Shown one piece after another: positions 12,239-23,479 of a stretch of 64,000 bases of DNA (the stretch's first letter is position 1; every line of letters begins with the position of its first letter). Where the stretch lies: contig NC_082710.1 of the NCBI RefSeq assembly GCF_030144855.1, positions 149,358,001 through 149,422,000 on the forward strand, written 5' to 3'. A model generated the notes under the pieces. The model made no database searches. It was not told where the DNA came from and was given only the letters and a program-made list of their open reading frames with translations. Made by a program: the position numbers and the translations under genes. This DNA is from Hypanus sabinus (Eukaryota).

Positions 12239-12913
12239 TAGCATCCTTTCATACTGTTCAGCATAGTAACAGCAGACTTACTATAATATGTCCAATCATT
12301 GTATAGGGATATTACCACTCTATCAATATGTTACAGTTTACTATAAAAAGCAGTTACAAGTTAAACTATCTTGCAGAACTCAAGCACATTGGTTTCTGTT
12401 TCTCTGGTCACAGCAGATTAGACTCGTACCTTATTTCACAAGAGTTAGCACCTAACGTTCTCTGTTTGCGCACAAGGGTCTTTGCTTTGCTGTCTCCTCG
12501 ACCCTCGTCACGTAGCTTATTGGCCCTTTTCCTCCACATGGAGGGTATCTGTGGTGATTGTGGGGTGATGGGGTAACTGGGGTTTGTGGAGGTGGGGTGA
12601 CTGGGGGTTGTGGAGGGTAACGGGATTGTTGAGAGGTGATGGGGTAACAAGATTGTTGGGTGATGGGGTAACTGTCAGGATTATGGGGTGACGGTAACTG
12701 GGGATTGTGGGGTTAATGGGGTGATGGGGTAACTGCAGGGATTGCAGGGGTGACGAGTTAACTGGGGATTGTGGGGGTGATGGGAGTAACTGGAGATTAT
12801 GGGGGTGTCGGGTAATTGGGGTGTTGGGGGTGACGGGGTGAATTATGGGGGTGTGATTTGAACCACGTTTGACAGATCTGGGTCCCCCCCACCCCCACCC
12901 CCGGTTGTTCCAG

Positions 12914-13186
12914 GGATCCACATTTGGCAGATTATGTACGGCTGTGAGCTCCATGACGACGGGACCACCACCGGGTTCGTTCAGTACGGCTGGGATGGGT
13001 CGGACTACATCAGGTTTGACAAGGACCAGAGTGTGTGGGTGACCCCTGTGACCTGGGGTATTATCACCAAGAACAAGTGGGACCGGAACACGGCCGGGAA
13101 CCAGGATTGGAAGGGATACCTGGAGCAGGAGTGCATCAAATGGGTGAAGACATACGTCAAGGCCGGGGAGAGTCACCTGAAACCCA
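12914..13186 (+). CDS. MHC class I gene A, alpha2 exon
   Basis: cag|GG ATC CAC...CCC A|gtgagt; 273 nt; IHIWQIMYGCEL...YGWDGSDY...TKNKW...YLEQECIKWVKTY (T143, K146, W147, Y159, Y171, both Cys). Confidence 0.97.
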
Positions 13187-13409
13187 GTGAGTGTGGGGGG
13201 GGGGGGGGAATGTGTGTTTGGGAGTGACCCCCCCCAACACTCGCCCTGTGCCCTGCTTCCACCCGTCTCCTCTGACCCCACTCCGCCGTCTTCTCTCCCC
13301 CCTGCTGTCTCCTCTCTCTCCTCTCCACCTCGCCTTTTTCTCTCCGCCTTTGCCCTCTCCTCTTCCTCCCCTTTCTGCCCCTACTCACTGCCTCCTCTCC
13401 CACCCCCAG

Positions 13410-13673
13410 ATCCCCCCGAAGTCTCGTTCACCGCCTCCAAGGATGGCGGCCTCCTCTCCTGTGTGGCCACTGGCTTCTACCCTCAGTCCATCAACGTGAC
13501 TATTCTGCGGAATGGCCGGATCATGGAGGAGACCCATTCCCACGGGATCCTGCCCAATCACGACAACACCTACCAGCTGACCAGGACGTTGTGGGTGGAG
13601 CCGACGGACACTGCAGAGTTCTCCTGTCGGGTGGAACACCGGCGTCTCCGAGAGCCCCTCGTCCTGTTCCTGG
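13410..13673 (+). CDS. MHC class I gene A, alpha3 (IgC1) exon
   Basis: cag|AT CCC...CTG G|gtaag; 264 nt; LSCVATGFYP...LPNHDNTYQL...FSCRVEH. Confidence 0.97.
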
Positions 13674-13961
13674 GTAAGAGACACTCACCAGTGGGGTGGT
13701 ACATGGACAGTGAGAGAGAGGGGGCTTGGCTGACCACTGGCCCAGGGCTGGGATTGTGAGGGGGCATTGTTGACCTCTGGTCCAAGAGCACAGTGAGGGG
13801 TCACTGTTGACCACAGACCCAGGAGAGGACGGGGAGGAATCAGTGGTTGGTCTCTCTTTGTGGGATGGGAGGATGAGGGTGTGGGTGGGGTTGGTGAAGG
13901 GAGAATCGGGGTTATCCCTGTCTCTGTCACTGATGTGACTGTTTCTCTGAATCATCAACAG

Positions 13962-14063
13962 GTTCAAAGTCCAACTCCATCCCAATCTGGATCATCGCTG
14001 TCGTTGTGGTCCTGGTGATCCTGGTGGTCGTCATCACTGTTGGTGTTGCCTACAAAAAGAGAG
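13962..14063 (+). CDS. MHC class I gene A, transmembrane exon
   Basis: cag|GT TCA...AGA G|gtagg; 102 nt; SKSNSIPIWIIAVVVVLVILVVVITVGVAYKKR. Confidence 0.95.
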
Positions 14064-15099
14064 GTAGGATTGGAGGGAGTTGGACTTCCCCTGGGGAAAG
14101 GGGCTTGGGCAGGGTGTGTCCTGCCATTCCTCAGCAAAGCCCATCCCACCACCCTTGTGGGTGCCCCACATCCAACGTTGTCTGTCTTCGCCCGCACTAT
14201 TCACCACCTCTGTTTGTTCTCCCATTATAACATATTCTGCCTCTTAACTGTCCATAATGTGTCAGCCCCGACACCACCCCCAGCAGTGTCCCACACACCC
14301 CTCTGACATCCTCCCACTGTACTTCCTTTCAATCAGCCTCACGAGGATGTTCTTTGGTATTAGACATTGCTTTTCTGGTTAAAGCCAAAGCTGGCTGTCC
14401 ACTTTATCTAAGCTTCTTGTCATCTTATAGACTAATGATCACTTTGTTTTCTACTTTCCCCCAGTGCAAGAGTCATCAAGTCAGACTGTATGAAATTAGT
14501 CCCTTTGGCCTGACCTGCCTTTGCTGACCACATACTTGCATACTCTGATCCCATTTCCTTGCCCCTCTCTACCTTGGTGATTCAAGTACCTGTCTAGATC
14601 TATCTTCAATGTTGTGAGAGTCTTTCTTCATCGCTACGTCAGTGTATTTGATTCCAGCCATCTTCTGGGGCAGGGTGTGAGAAACATTCTTTCCTCTGGT
14701 CACTCCCAGTGATCTTGTTCCTCGCTTACAGACTCTGATTATGGACTCCTCTGCTCCGGGAAATCAATTCCTCCTACCTGTCCCACCTGAGCCTCTCATT
14801 ACCGTGTGCGTCCATACCTGGTGGACCTGACCAGGGTCAGTATTAGAGTAAATGGTCACTCCAAACCTCCCACTGACCTCTCTGTCACACACCAGCTTTG
14901 TTCCGTCTCATGGCCTCACAATGAGTTGGGGCTCCTGCTGGTCCTGTTGGATGTGTCTCCTTTCACAAATTGTAGCTTGAGTTCTGTTTGATTGGGATTC
15001 AGAGCCCACTGGGCAGGTACTGAATCTATCTGGTTATATGCTGGGGATGTGGGACCGTTCTCACTGACTGTCTCTGTTTTACAGCCGCGTGTTTCTCAG

Positions 15100-15129
15100 C
15101 AGGGAACAAAGACTACAATCCCACCAAAA
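15100..15129 (+). CDS. MHC class I gene A, cytoplasmic exon 1
   Basis: cag|CA GGG AAC AAA GAC TAC AAT CCC ACC AAA A|gtaag = AGNKDYNPTK; conserved in B and C. Confidence 0.85.
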
Positions 15130-15200
15130 GTAAGTTCTCTGTAAATCACAGCTGGATGGTTGTGTTACATTGTTCATTTTCACTGTGTCTGATGGGTTCT

Positions 15201-15206
<6 letters not shown>

Positions 15207-15230
<24 letters not shown>
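15207..15230. repeat. (GT)12 microsatellite
   Basis: Direct reading. Confidence 0.95.
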
Positions 15231-15231
<1 letters not shown>

Positions 15232-15383
15232 ACGCTTTTCTGTATGTCTCTGTCAGTGTGTGAGATTACCCGTATATACCTGTGTTTGTGCGGTGGTGTA
15301 TTGTGTGATATGGCTGTCTTTGTTTCTCCGAGTCTGTACGGCATTGGTAATAAATGTTTTCCTGCCTGTCCTTCCATTCACAG

Positions 15384-15430
15384 CTTCTGACAAAGGAGAA
15401 TCCTCCTCCAACTCCTCCGCCACGGCCTGA
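15384..15430 (+). CDS. MHC class I gene A, cytoplasmic exon 2 with stop
   Basis: cag|CT TCT GAC...GCC TGA = TSDKGESSSNSSATA*. Confidence 0.88.
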
Positions 15431-15976
15431 GGCAGGAACCGTGTTGGATACCGGTCAATGCTGGGCTTCCCAGCTCTTGTCACTGGAGCTGGAGCTGGTC
15501 ATTACAGCACAGTCTGGGCACTGAGAAACCACGGTCCGGAACCGGAACTGTGGGAGGGGGTGTAACCAGTCCCCACAGCACCTCAACTTGGGAATGGCCT
15601 CCTGCTCCATTCCATTCCAGGGATCCAGTGCCCAGTTTTCATGGTTTGTCATTGGAATTGCTGCTTTTCCAGGGTTGCTCAGTGTTTTGTGGTGGGGGAG
15701 GGCGGTAGGGAGAGTTTGGGGTATGGGGGTGTTGTGGGTGATTTATGGTGGTGGGGGGAGATGTGTTTTGCGGGACGTGTTATGGTTGTGATGTGGGGAA
15801 TGGATTTAATGTTACAGATTGTGTTGTACTGCTTGTTGGGAATTGGAATCACTGGACATTATTCCCAATGTTAGTGGGGGGGGGGGTTTAGTAGGTTTGA
15901 TTGTCAGTGTTGGGGAGGTTTACTGCTGATGCCTCACTCCATAACCATCTCTCCTCGCCTCTCTCCCCCTCTGCAG

Positions 15977-18420
15977 GAAATTCAGTTCACGGTGGGATAT
16001 TGATGAAGAAATCCATGGGAACAGAGTGTAATCCTGGGACTCTGGGTGATTAACGTGATATTCTCTGGAGAAAAATATGATTTATGCATTGATCTTTGTG
16101 CTTAGGAATACGGATAATTTGCTGATTCACTTCAGGAGCCGGACTGTAAAGTTGCTTTTCATAGAAAGCTGAATCACTTTAGTGTGTTTGGGTTGAAGGG
16201 AAGGGGCTCAGTGGGGAACAGCTCTGACCCACAGCTCAGCCCTGGTCGGCATCTGGGGACTCACAGTTGGTGAATAGATTTGCTCATTCAGTCAATTTGA
16301 CTGTTGACTTGTTACTGATAACTTTATCTATTTAGGTATAAAAATCACCAAGAAATATAAAGATTTATTTGGACTGAATTTTTTACCTATGCTTCATCAA
16401 ATTCAGCAACTTACTACTAGATGGTCTCCCTTATTTTTATCATTAGTTGGTCGGATTAATGCTATTAAAATGATGATTTTACCGAAATTTTTATATTTAT
16501 TCCAAGCTTTACCAATTTTTATTCCTAAATCTTTTTTTGATAATATTGATTCAAAAATTTCCTCATTTGTGTGGCAAAATAAAAATCCTAGGTTAAGCAA
16601 AAGGCAATTACAAAAGTCTAAAAAAGATGGTGGTCTAGCTTTACCTAACTTTAGATTTTATTATTGGGCGAATAATATTCGTAACCTAATGTACTGGAAA
16701 CTAGATTTGGATTCACCTGTGTGCCCACAGTGGGTAAATTTGGAATGTAGTGAGGTTAAGGGATATTCTATATTTTCCATTCTTGGTTCTTTTCTTCCTA
16801 TTGATTTAGCCAAATTCAATAAACAGATATCTAACCCTGTTGTTAAACATACACTACGAATTTGGTTTCAATTTCGCAAATTCTTTAATCTGAAAAACTT
16901 TGCTCTGGACAGCCCTATTTTATGTAATTTTTTTTTTAAACCTTCATTGACAGATCAAGCTTTTAGTATATGGAAAAGGAAAGGTATAAAATGTTTTCGT
17001 GATCTTTTTTTTGAAGGTACTTTGATGTCTTTTGATCAACTATCCAACAAATTTGAATTACCTAAATCTAATTTTTTTAGATACTTACAAATTAGAAATT
17101 TCTTACATAAAATTCTTCCATCTTTTCCTAACTCAACTCCATCGGATTTTTCAGATTTGATTTTTACTTTTAATCCTTGTCAGAAGGGATTAGTAGCTTT
17201 TATTTATAACATGATTATGAAGATACAGCCAGAAATATCGGATAGAATTAGACAAGAATGGGAAAAAGAACTTCGATGTAATATATCAACAGATAAATGG
17301 GAAAAAATTTTACAAATGGTTAATTCCTCCTCTATTTGTGCTAAACATGCTTTAATACAATTTAAAATTGTACATAGAGCTTATATGTCTAAAGATAAGC
17401 TTGCCCGATTTTATTCGCATATTAATCCTCAATGTGACAGATGTCACTTAGAAGTGGCTTCATTGACTCACATGTTTTGGACATGTCCCACTTTACATAA
17501 CTATTGGAAGGACATTTTTGATGTCATTTCCTCAGTATGGAATATTCATTTTATTACTGCAATTTTCGGTATACCAAATGAAGATGGCAATCAGCTTTCC
17601 CCTTCAATCAGACGAATGATTGCCTTTGTAACATTAATTGCCAGAAGGTCTATATTACAAAACTGGAAAGAAGTAAATCCTCCTACTACATTTCAGTGGT
17701 TCTCCCAAACTATTTCTTATCTGAGTTTGGAAAAAATCAGAAGCACTATCTTTGATTCTTCAATTAAATTTGAAGAAACCTGGGGACCATTTATTCGACA
17801 CTTTCATATGAATTAATTTGGCCTATTTCAGATCCTTTTCTCTACTTATACTTGTTCAGGTATGGAGTTCCGGAGTTCTTTTCTTGACACCTTTATATAT
17901 TTATAAAGTGCTATTATTGCCCATGTTAGTTTTAGTTTAGTATTTTTTTTCAATATATATTTTTTCTCATATATAATTTCAATTTTTTTTTTTTCTTCTT
18001 TTTTCGACGATTATTTTTGTTTTTTTTTCATATATATTTATATAGACTTGATTGATTTATGTACCTTTTGTTGATGGATGTTTTAATAGGATATTATTAT
18101 CCTATTACTAATGTAATCTCAAGTTTATTGAATCTGTAATCTATTCATTATTATGTGTTGTTTTTTTTTATATATGAAATTTAATAAAAAGATTGAAAAA
18201 GAAAGAAAGACTGTTGACTGAGAGTGGCTTCTGGCCCGTGTGGGATGGGAGGGGAGTGGGCGGTAGGTGCTGAAGTTAAAGTGAGACTTTAACCCATGGG
18301 CTGTGGGAGAGATTACAGGGAGATATGGAAATGTGATTTTATGCTGGTGGTAGGGAGGGAAGGATTCTTTTCAAGGCTTTTTAATACAGAATGCAAATAA
18401 AATCGATGTTTACTCCATCT
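15977..18420 (+). other. Probable non-coding terminal exon (3' UTR) of gene A, interrupted by L1
   Basis: Pyrimidine-rich acceptor ...CCCCCTCTGCAG conserved with C (55379); AATAAA near 18397 conserved with C near 55898. Confidence 0.5.
16310..18208 (+). mobile_element. 5'-truncated L1-clade LINE, uninterrupted ORF2 C-terminus
   Basis: Open frame from YLGI to stop 17816 (GRINAIKMMILPKFLYLFQ...GGLALPNF...CDRC...HMFWTC); AATAAA and A-rich tail; 11-bp TSD GACTGTTGACT (16299-16309, 18209-18219); empty site in C near 55689. Confidence 0.95.
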
Positions 18421-19029
18421 CCCTGTCTGGCAGTGTTTGTGGTGGTGGGAACATTGGGATTTGAAGGATGCAGTCACTAGGACTCCGGACAATGTGGGAA
18501 TGATGTGTATTATGGATTTAAGGAGAACCTGCATTTCTGGGAGTGTGTGGGAGAAGAGATGAGAAGTGGTTCCTGATGAGGCAACAGTGACCAGGGAGAG
18601 ATCTGGCAAGGACCAATAAAACGGTGTCTGGTACAGTGGTGACTATGTTTCCGAGAAGCTCCTAGTTACCTTCTGCAAAGTTGGAAGCCAAGGATTTATG
18701 TAATTGCACCATCATTCAGAATCGGGTTTAATATCAGTGACAATGTCGTGAAATTTGTTGTTGTGTGGCTCCATCCAGACCGTGCTCTGTTCCTACTGCT
18801 GCCGTCAGGAAGAAGGTACAGGAGCCTCAGGACTCTCACCACAGGATTAGTAACAGTTGTTACCCCTCAATTATCTGGCTCTTGAACCAGGGGTGAAAAC
18901 TAACAGGTTTTCATAGACCATAGGAATTCAAAGGTTCAAGGGTCCAATTTAATGTCAGAGAAATGTATACACTCTCTCCCGTACAAGCCGGGGGTCAGTC
19001 CAAGGTTACACATTGTATCGGAGGGATAG

Positions 19030-20070
19030 AAAGGTAGGCAGACAGGGTGGCATGGCTCTGCTGGTAAAAAAAAATGGCATCAAATTAGTAGAAAGTGTGA
19101 CATAAGATCCAAAGATGTTGAATTCTTATGGGTTGAGTTGAGAAACTGCAGGGGTAAAAGGACCTTGATGACAGTTATATATACATTCCAACAGTAGCTG
19201 GAATGTGAACCACAGAATACAACAGCAAATAGAAAACAACAACACACACAAAATGCTGGTGGAACACAGCAGGCCAGGCAGCATCTAGAGGGAGAAGCGC
19301 TGTTGACGTTTCGGGCCAAGACCCTTCGTCAGGACTAACCAAAAGGAAAGATAGTAAGAGATTTGAAAGTAGTGGGGTGAGGGGGAAATGCGAAATGATA
19401 GGAGAAGACCAGAGGGGGTGGGATGAAGCTAAGAGCTGGAAAGATGATTGGCAAAAGTGATACAGAGCTGGAGAAGGGAAAGGATCATGGGACGAGAGGC
19501 CTCAGGAGAAAGAAAGGGGGGGGAGGGAAGCACCAGAGGGAGATGGAGAACAGGCAAACAACTAAATATATCAGGGATGGGGTAGGAAGGGGAGGAGGGG
19601 TATTAACGGAAGTTAGAGAAGTCAATGTTCATGCCATCAGGTTGGAGGCTACCCAGCCGGTATATAAGCTGTTGTTCCTCCAACCTGAATTTGGATTCAT
19701 TTTGACAATAGAGGAGGCCATGGATAGACATATCAGAATGGGAATGGGAATGTGGATTTAAAATGTATGGCCACTGGGAGATCCTGCTTTCTCTGGCGGA
19801 CCGAGCGTAGGTGTTCAGCGAAACCGTCTCCCAGTCTGCGTCGGGCCACACCGGGAGCACCGGATGCCGTATACCACACCAGCCGACTCACAGGTGAAGT
19901 GTCGCCTCACCTGGAAGGACTGTCTGGGGCCCTGAATGGTGGTGAGGGAGGAAGTGTAAGGGCAGGTGTAGTATTTCCTCGTGTTAGCAAATAGAAAAGA
20001 TGTGTCAAAAGGGCAATGTTATGACAGTCATGGGAGATTTCAACATGCAGGTGGATTGGGAAAATCAGGT
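19030..20070 (+). mobile_element. CR1 APE-domain fragment split by a Penelope insertion
   Basis: WVELRNCRGKRTL...QQQIEK | MCQKGNVMTVMGDFNMQVDWENQV. Confidence 0.8.
19237..19985 (-). mobile_element. Penelope-like element 3' fragment (GIY-YIG C-terminus + tail)
   Basis: LEEQQLIYRLGSLQPDGMNIDFSNFR; 13-bp TSD AGCAAATAGAAAA (19224-19236, 19986-19998). Confidence 0.88.
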
Positions 20071-20159
20071 TTTAACATTTAATTGTCATTTATTCTTTGG
20101 GGTACTCTGTTTTTGTGGATGTTTGCGAAGAAAAAGCATTTCTGGATGTATATTGTATT

Positions 20160-20800
20160 ACAACCATCCTTCAGCCACAATTCAGTGAAGGCCAGAACAT
20201 CATAACTGACAATCTGTAAAAGTGGAAAAAGATTATCCACTTTATTTCTTATGCTCCGTGCATTGAGATATAACACTTTGAGTCTGCATTTGCTACCTTT
20301 TTTGATTTTGCATCCGTAAAGCATTGATACTCACCCTGTTGGCTGCAATTTCGTTCTATTATCTGCCTGCCCTTCCTGACCGTCTGACTGCACGCTATCT
20401 TTGCTTATTTACCATCCGTCGTATCCTGAGTCCCTTCACTCCAGTTCCCAACCTGTTACTTTTGAACAGGTCACACCTCCTCCAGAAGAGATCCCAATGA
20501 TCCAAGAAACTGTCCCCTGCACCAGCATCTCAGCCACCCATTAATTTGTCAAATCATCCTCTTTCTACCCTCACTAGTGGCACAGGCAGCAATCCAGAAA
20601 TTAATACCCTGGAGATCCTGCTTCTCAGTTCTCTGCCAGCTCTCTAGATTCTCTCTTCAGGACCTCTTTGTTTTTCCTTCCTATGTCATTGGAATCAATA
20701 CGTACCAAGACATCTGGCTGCACTCCTTCCCTGTCCAATATGGTGTGAATCTGAGACACCCCTGACCCTGGCACCTGGGAGGCAACATACCATTCGGGTG
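20160..20800 (-). mobile_element. CR1 ORF1/ORF2 junction remnant
   Basis: RMVCCLPGARV (ORF1 esterase) and LKVLYLNARSIRNKVD (ORF2 start). Confidence 0.8.
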
Positions 20801-20844
20801 TCCTCTGTACTTCTGTAATTGAATCCTCGAATTCCTAACCGGAA

Positions 20845-21885
20845 GACCACAGTCTGTGTGGATTGGTGATACCACACCCTCTTTGCTGACGATCAACACT
20901 GGTGCACCTCAGGGTGCGTGCTTAGCTCACTGCTGTACTCTCTCTATACCCATGACTGTGTGGCGAGGCATAGTTCAAATACCATCTACAAATTTGCTGA
21001 CGATACAACCATTGTTGGTAGAAATTCAGGTGGCGACGAGAGGGCGTACAGGAGTGAGATATGCCAACTATTGGAATGGTGCTGCAGCAACAACCTAGCA
21101 GTAAGACCAAGGTGCTGATTGTGGTCTTCAGGAAGGGTAAGTCGAAGGAACACATACGAATCCTCATAGTGGGATCAGAAGTGGAGAGAGTAAGCAGCTT
21201 CAAGTTCCTGGGTGTCAAGATCTCTGAGGACCTAACCTGGACCCAACTTATTGATGTAGTCACAAAGAAGGCAAGACAGCGACAATACTTTATTAGCTAA
21301 TAGAGTTTGAAGAGATTTGGCATGTCAACAAATATGCTCAAAAACTTGTATAGATGTATCATGGAGGGCATTCTGACAGGTTGCCTCACTGTCTGGTATA
21401 GAGGGGCTACTGCACAGGACCGAAAAAAGCTGCAGAAGGTTGTAAATCCAGTCAGCTCCATCTTGGGTACTAGCCTACAAAGCACCCAGGACATCTTCAG
21501 GGAGTGGTGTCTCAGAAAGGCAGTGTCCATTATTAAAGACCTCCAGCACCCAGGGCATGCCTGTTCTCACTGTTACCATCAGGTAGGAGATACAGAAGCC
21601 TGAAGGCACACACTCAGTGATTCAGGAACAGCTTCTTCCCCACTGCCATCCGATACCTAAATGGACATTGAAGCTTTGGACACTACCTCAGTTTTTTAAA
21701 TATACAGTATTTCTGTTTTTGCATATTTTAAAATAATTTTTTCAATATAAATAATTGATTTACTTGTTTGTTTATTATTATGTTTTTTTTCTCTCTGCTA
21801 GATTATGTATTGCATTGAACTGCTGCTGTTAACAAATTTCACGTCACATGCTGGTGATAATAAACCTGATTCTGATTCCGATTCC
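20845..21885 (+). mobile_element. Rex1/Babar-like LINE 3' fragment
   Basis: INTGAPQG, LYSLYTHDC, KFADDTTIVG, FKFLGVKISEDLTW; AATAAA + CTGATT-repeat tail. Confidence 0.85.
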
Positions 21886-22289
21886 TGGTCATGTTCACAG
21901 AATCTCCTGTCTGTTCCCCAGATAATGAGTCCCCTATGACTACTGAGTCCCCTATCACTACTGCACCCCTCTTCTACCCCTTTTCCTTTTGCACCATGGA
22001 CATAAACTCAGTACTAATAACCCAGTCTCCAGGCATTCACCTGGGAGATCATCCCCCACAACAGTATCCAAAGCAGTATACTTATTATTGAGGTAAATGG
22101 CCACAGTGGTGCTGTGAGCTAATTGCCTGTTTACTTTTCCATTTCTCCTGCCAGTCAGTCACCCAGCTACTTGCCTTTTGCAACTTCGGGGTGACTACTT
22201 CCCTGTAACTCTGATTATCCCCTGATTCTCCTGTACAGTCCGAAAGTCATCCAGCTGCTGCTCCAGATCCCTAACATGGTCTGTCCTAA

Positions 22290-22760
22290 CCATTAATGAC
22301 CAATCCACATTATTCCCATTCACTGACACTTGGTCCATAACCTTCTCTGTCTTGGTTATTCAAGTGCTTCTCAAGGTATTTCTCATACATTGTGAGTCTG
22401 TCCCTCAACCATCCTCTCAAGCAGTGTGTTCCAGGTTCCAAACCCCAGACCCTAATGTGAATATTCTTCCTCGGATCCCCTCTGAACCTCACCATTGCCC
22501 GAACCATCTCTCTAGTTTCAGACATGTTTACCATGGGGAAGGTTTCAAATATGGACGATCCTGTCTTTGCCTGTAAGGATATTGTACCTCTATCAGGTCT
22601 CCCCTCAGCATCCTCCACTCCAAGGGAAGGGTCTATCCATTCTGTCCTTAATAACAGCACTGCTCCATCACAAACACCACCATGATGGATCTCTGCACCC
22701 TGTCCTGTGCCATCACATCCTTTTCCCCTCCTTGGGGACCACAGATGCTGATCGGATTTC
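22290..22760 (-). mobile_element. CR1 3' fragments, paralogous to 56380-56830
   Basis: Shared sequence downstream of gene A and cassette C. Confidence 0.7.
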
Positions 22761-23479
22761 TGACAATCGTGATGTTTCAGAATCAGAATCCTTTATTATC
22801 ACCAAGTACGAGGACACACACAGGGAATTTGATGCTGGTTTCCCTGAGCTCTCACTGTACAGAATTAAAAGCAAACTTAGTGTACTAAGTGAGACTAATC
22901 AAGAATGTATCAACCCCTGCCATAAATAAACCTAATGACAGCCTTCCACAGTGGCCTGTGGCAATGAATTCGGCAGATTGTCTGGTTTAAGAAACTCCTC
23001 TGTATCTCCATTCTAAATAGACGTTCCTCTGTCCTGGGGTTGTGGCCTCTGGTCTAACATCTCCATCCCCTACCCACCATAGGAAACATCTCCACTTCCA
23101 CTCTCAAGGGCTTTCAACATTAGGTTTATGATGCTTATGTTTCTGGATTCTGGTTGCTCTCTTTTGCTGTTTTTGGTGGTCTGATCTGGGCGATCGGTGC
23201 GGACTGGGACATTTTGGCATGGACTGGCTCTGTGGCCTAAACTAAACTAAGCTGAATTCTCCTGGTCTCTTGGATAGATGTTGATATTCTATGTGTTGTT
23301 CTCTAACTTCTTCCAGTTTGCAGAATTTGTTCTTTTTTTTCGCAGTTTGGGTGTTGGATGTTTTCTTTGAACAGATTCTATGGTGTTTCTTGTTTCGTGG
23401 CTGTCTGCGGGAGGACGAATGTCTGAGTTGTATTCTGTATACACACTTTGATAATAAATATACTTCTTCTTTGACCCTG

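Larger units (their letters stand above)
3465..12538 (-). mobile_element. Internally deleted endogenous retrovirus (gamma-type env) in gene A intron 2, antisense
   Basis: Starts TGTCGT, ends CCACA; flanked by identical TGGAG (3460-3464, 12539-12543); homologous LTRs at both ends; gag, integrase and env remnants on minus strand. Confidence 0.88.
10431..12538 (-). mobile_element. ERV 5' LTR (right), interrupted by GA microsatellite/gap, MITE and solo LTR
   Basis: CCTTGGGTGATAAGAATACTCAACTCCTGAG matches left LTR start; 12239-12538 matches 3599-3881. Confidence 0.8.

Noticed and set aside
2704-15430. Identity as CD1/MR1-like or class II gene, or a firm UAA symbol
   Set aside because: Exon layout and conserved anchors indicate a classical-type class I, but lineage naming needs a phylogeny and polymorphism data that cannot be run here
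15455-15874. Short ORFs downstream of the gene A stop (and 54930-55243)
   Set aside because: They lie in the probable 3' UTR intron and are not conserved in frame between paralogs
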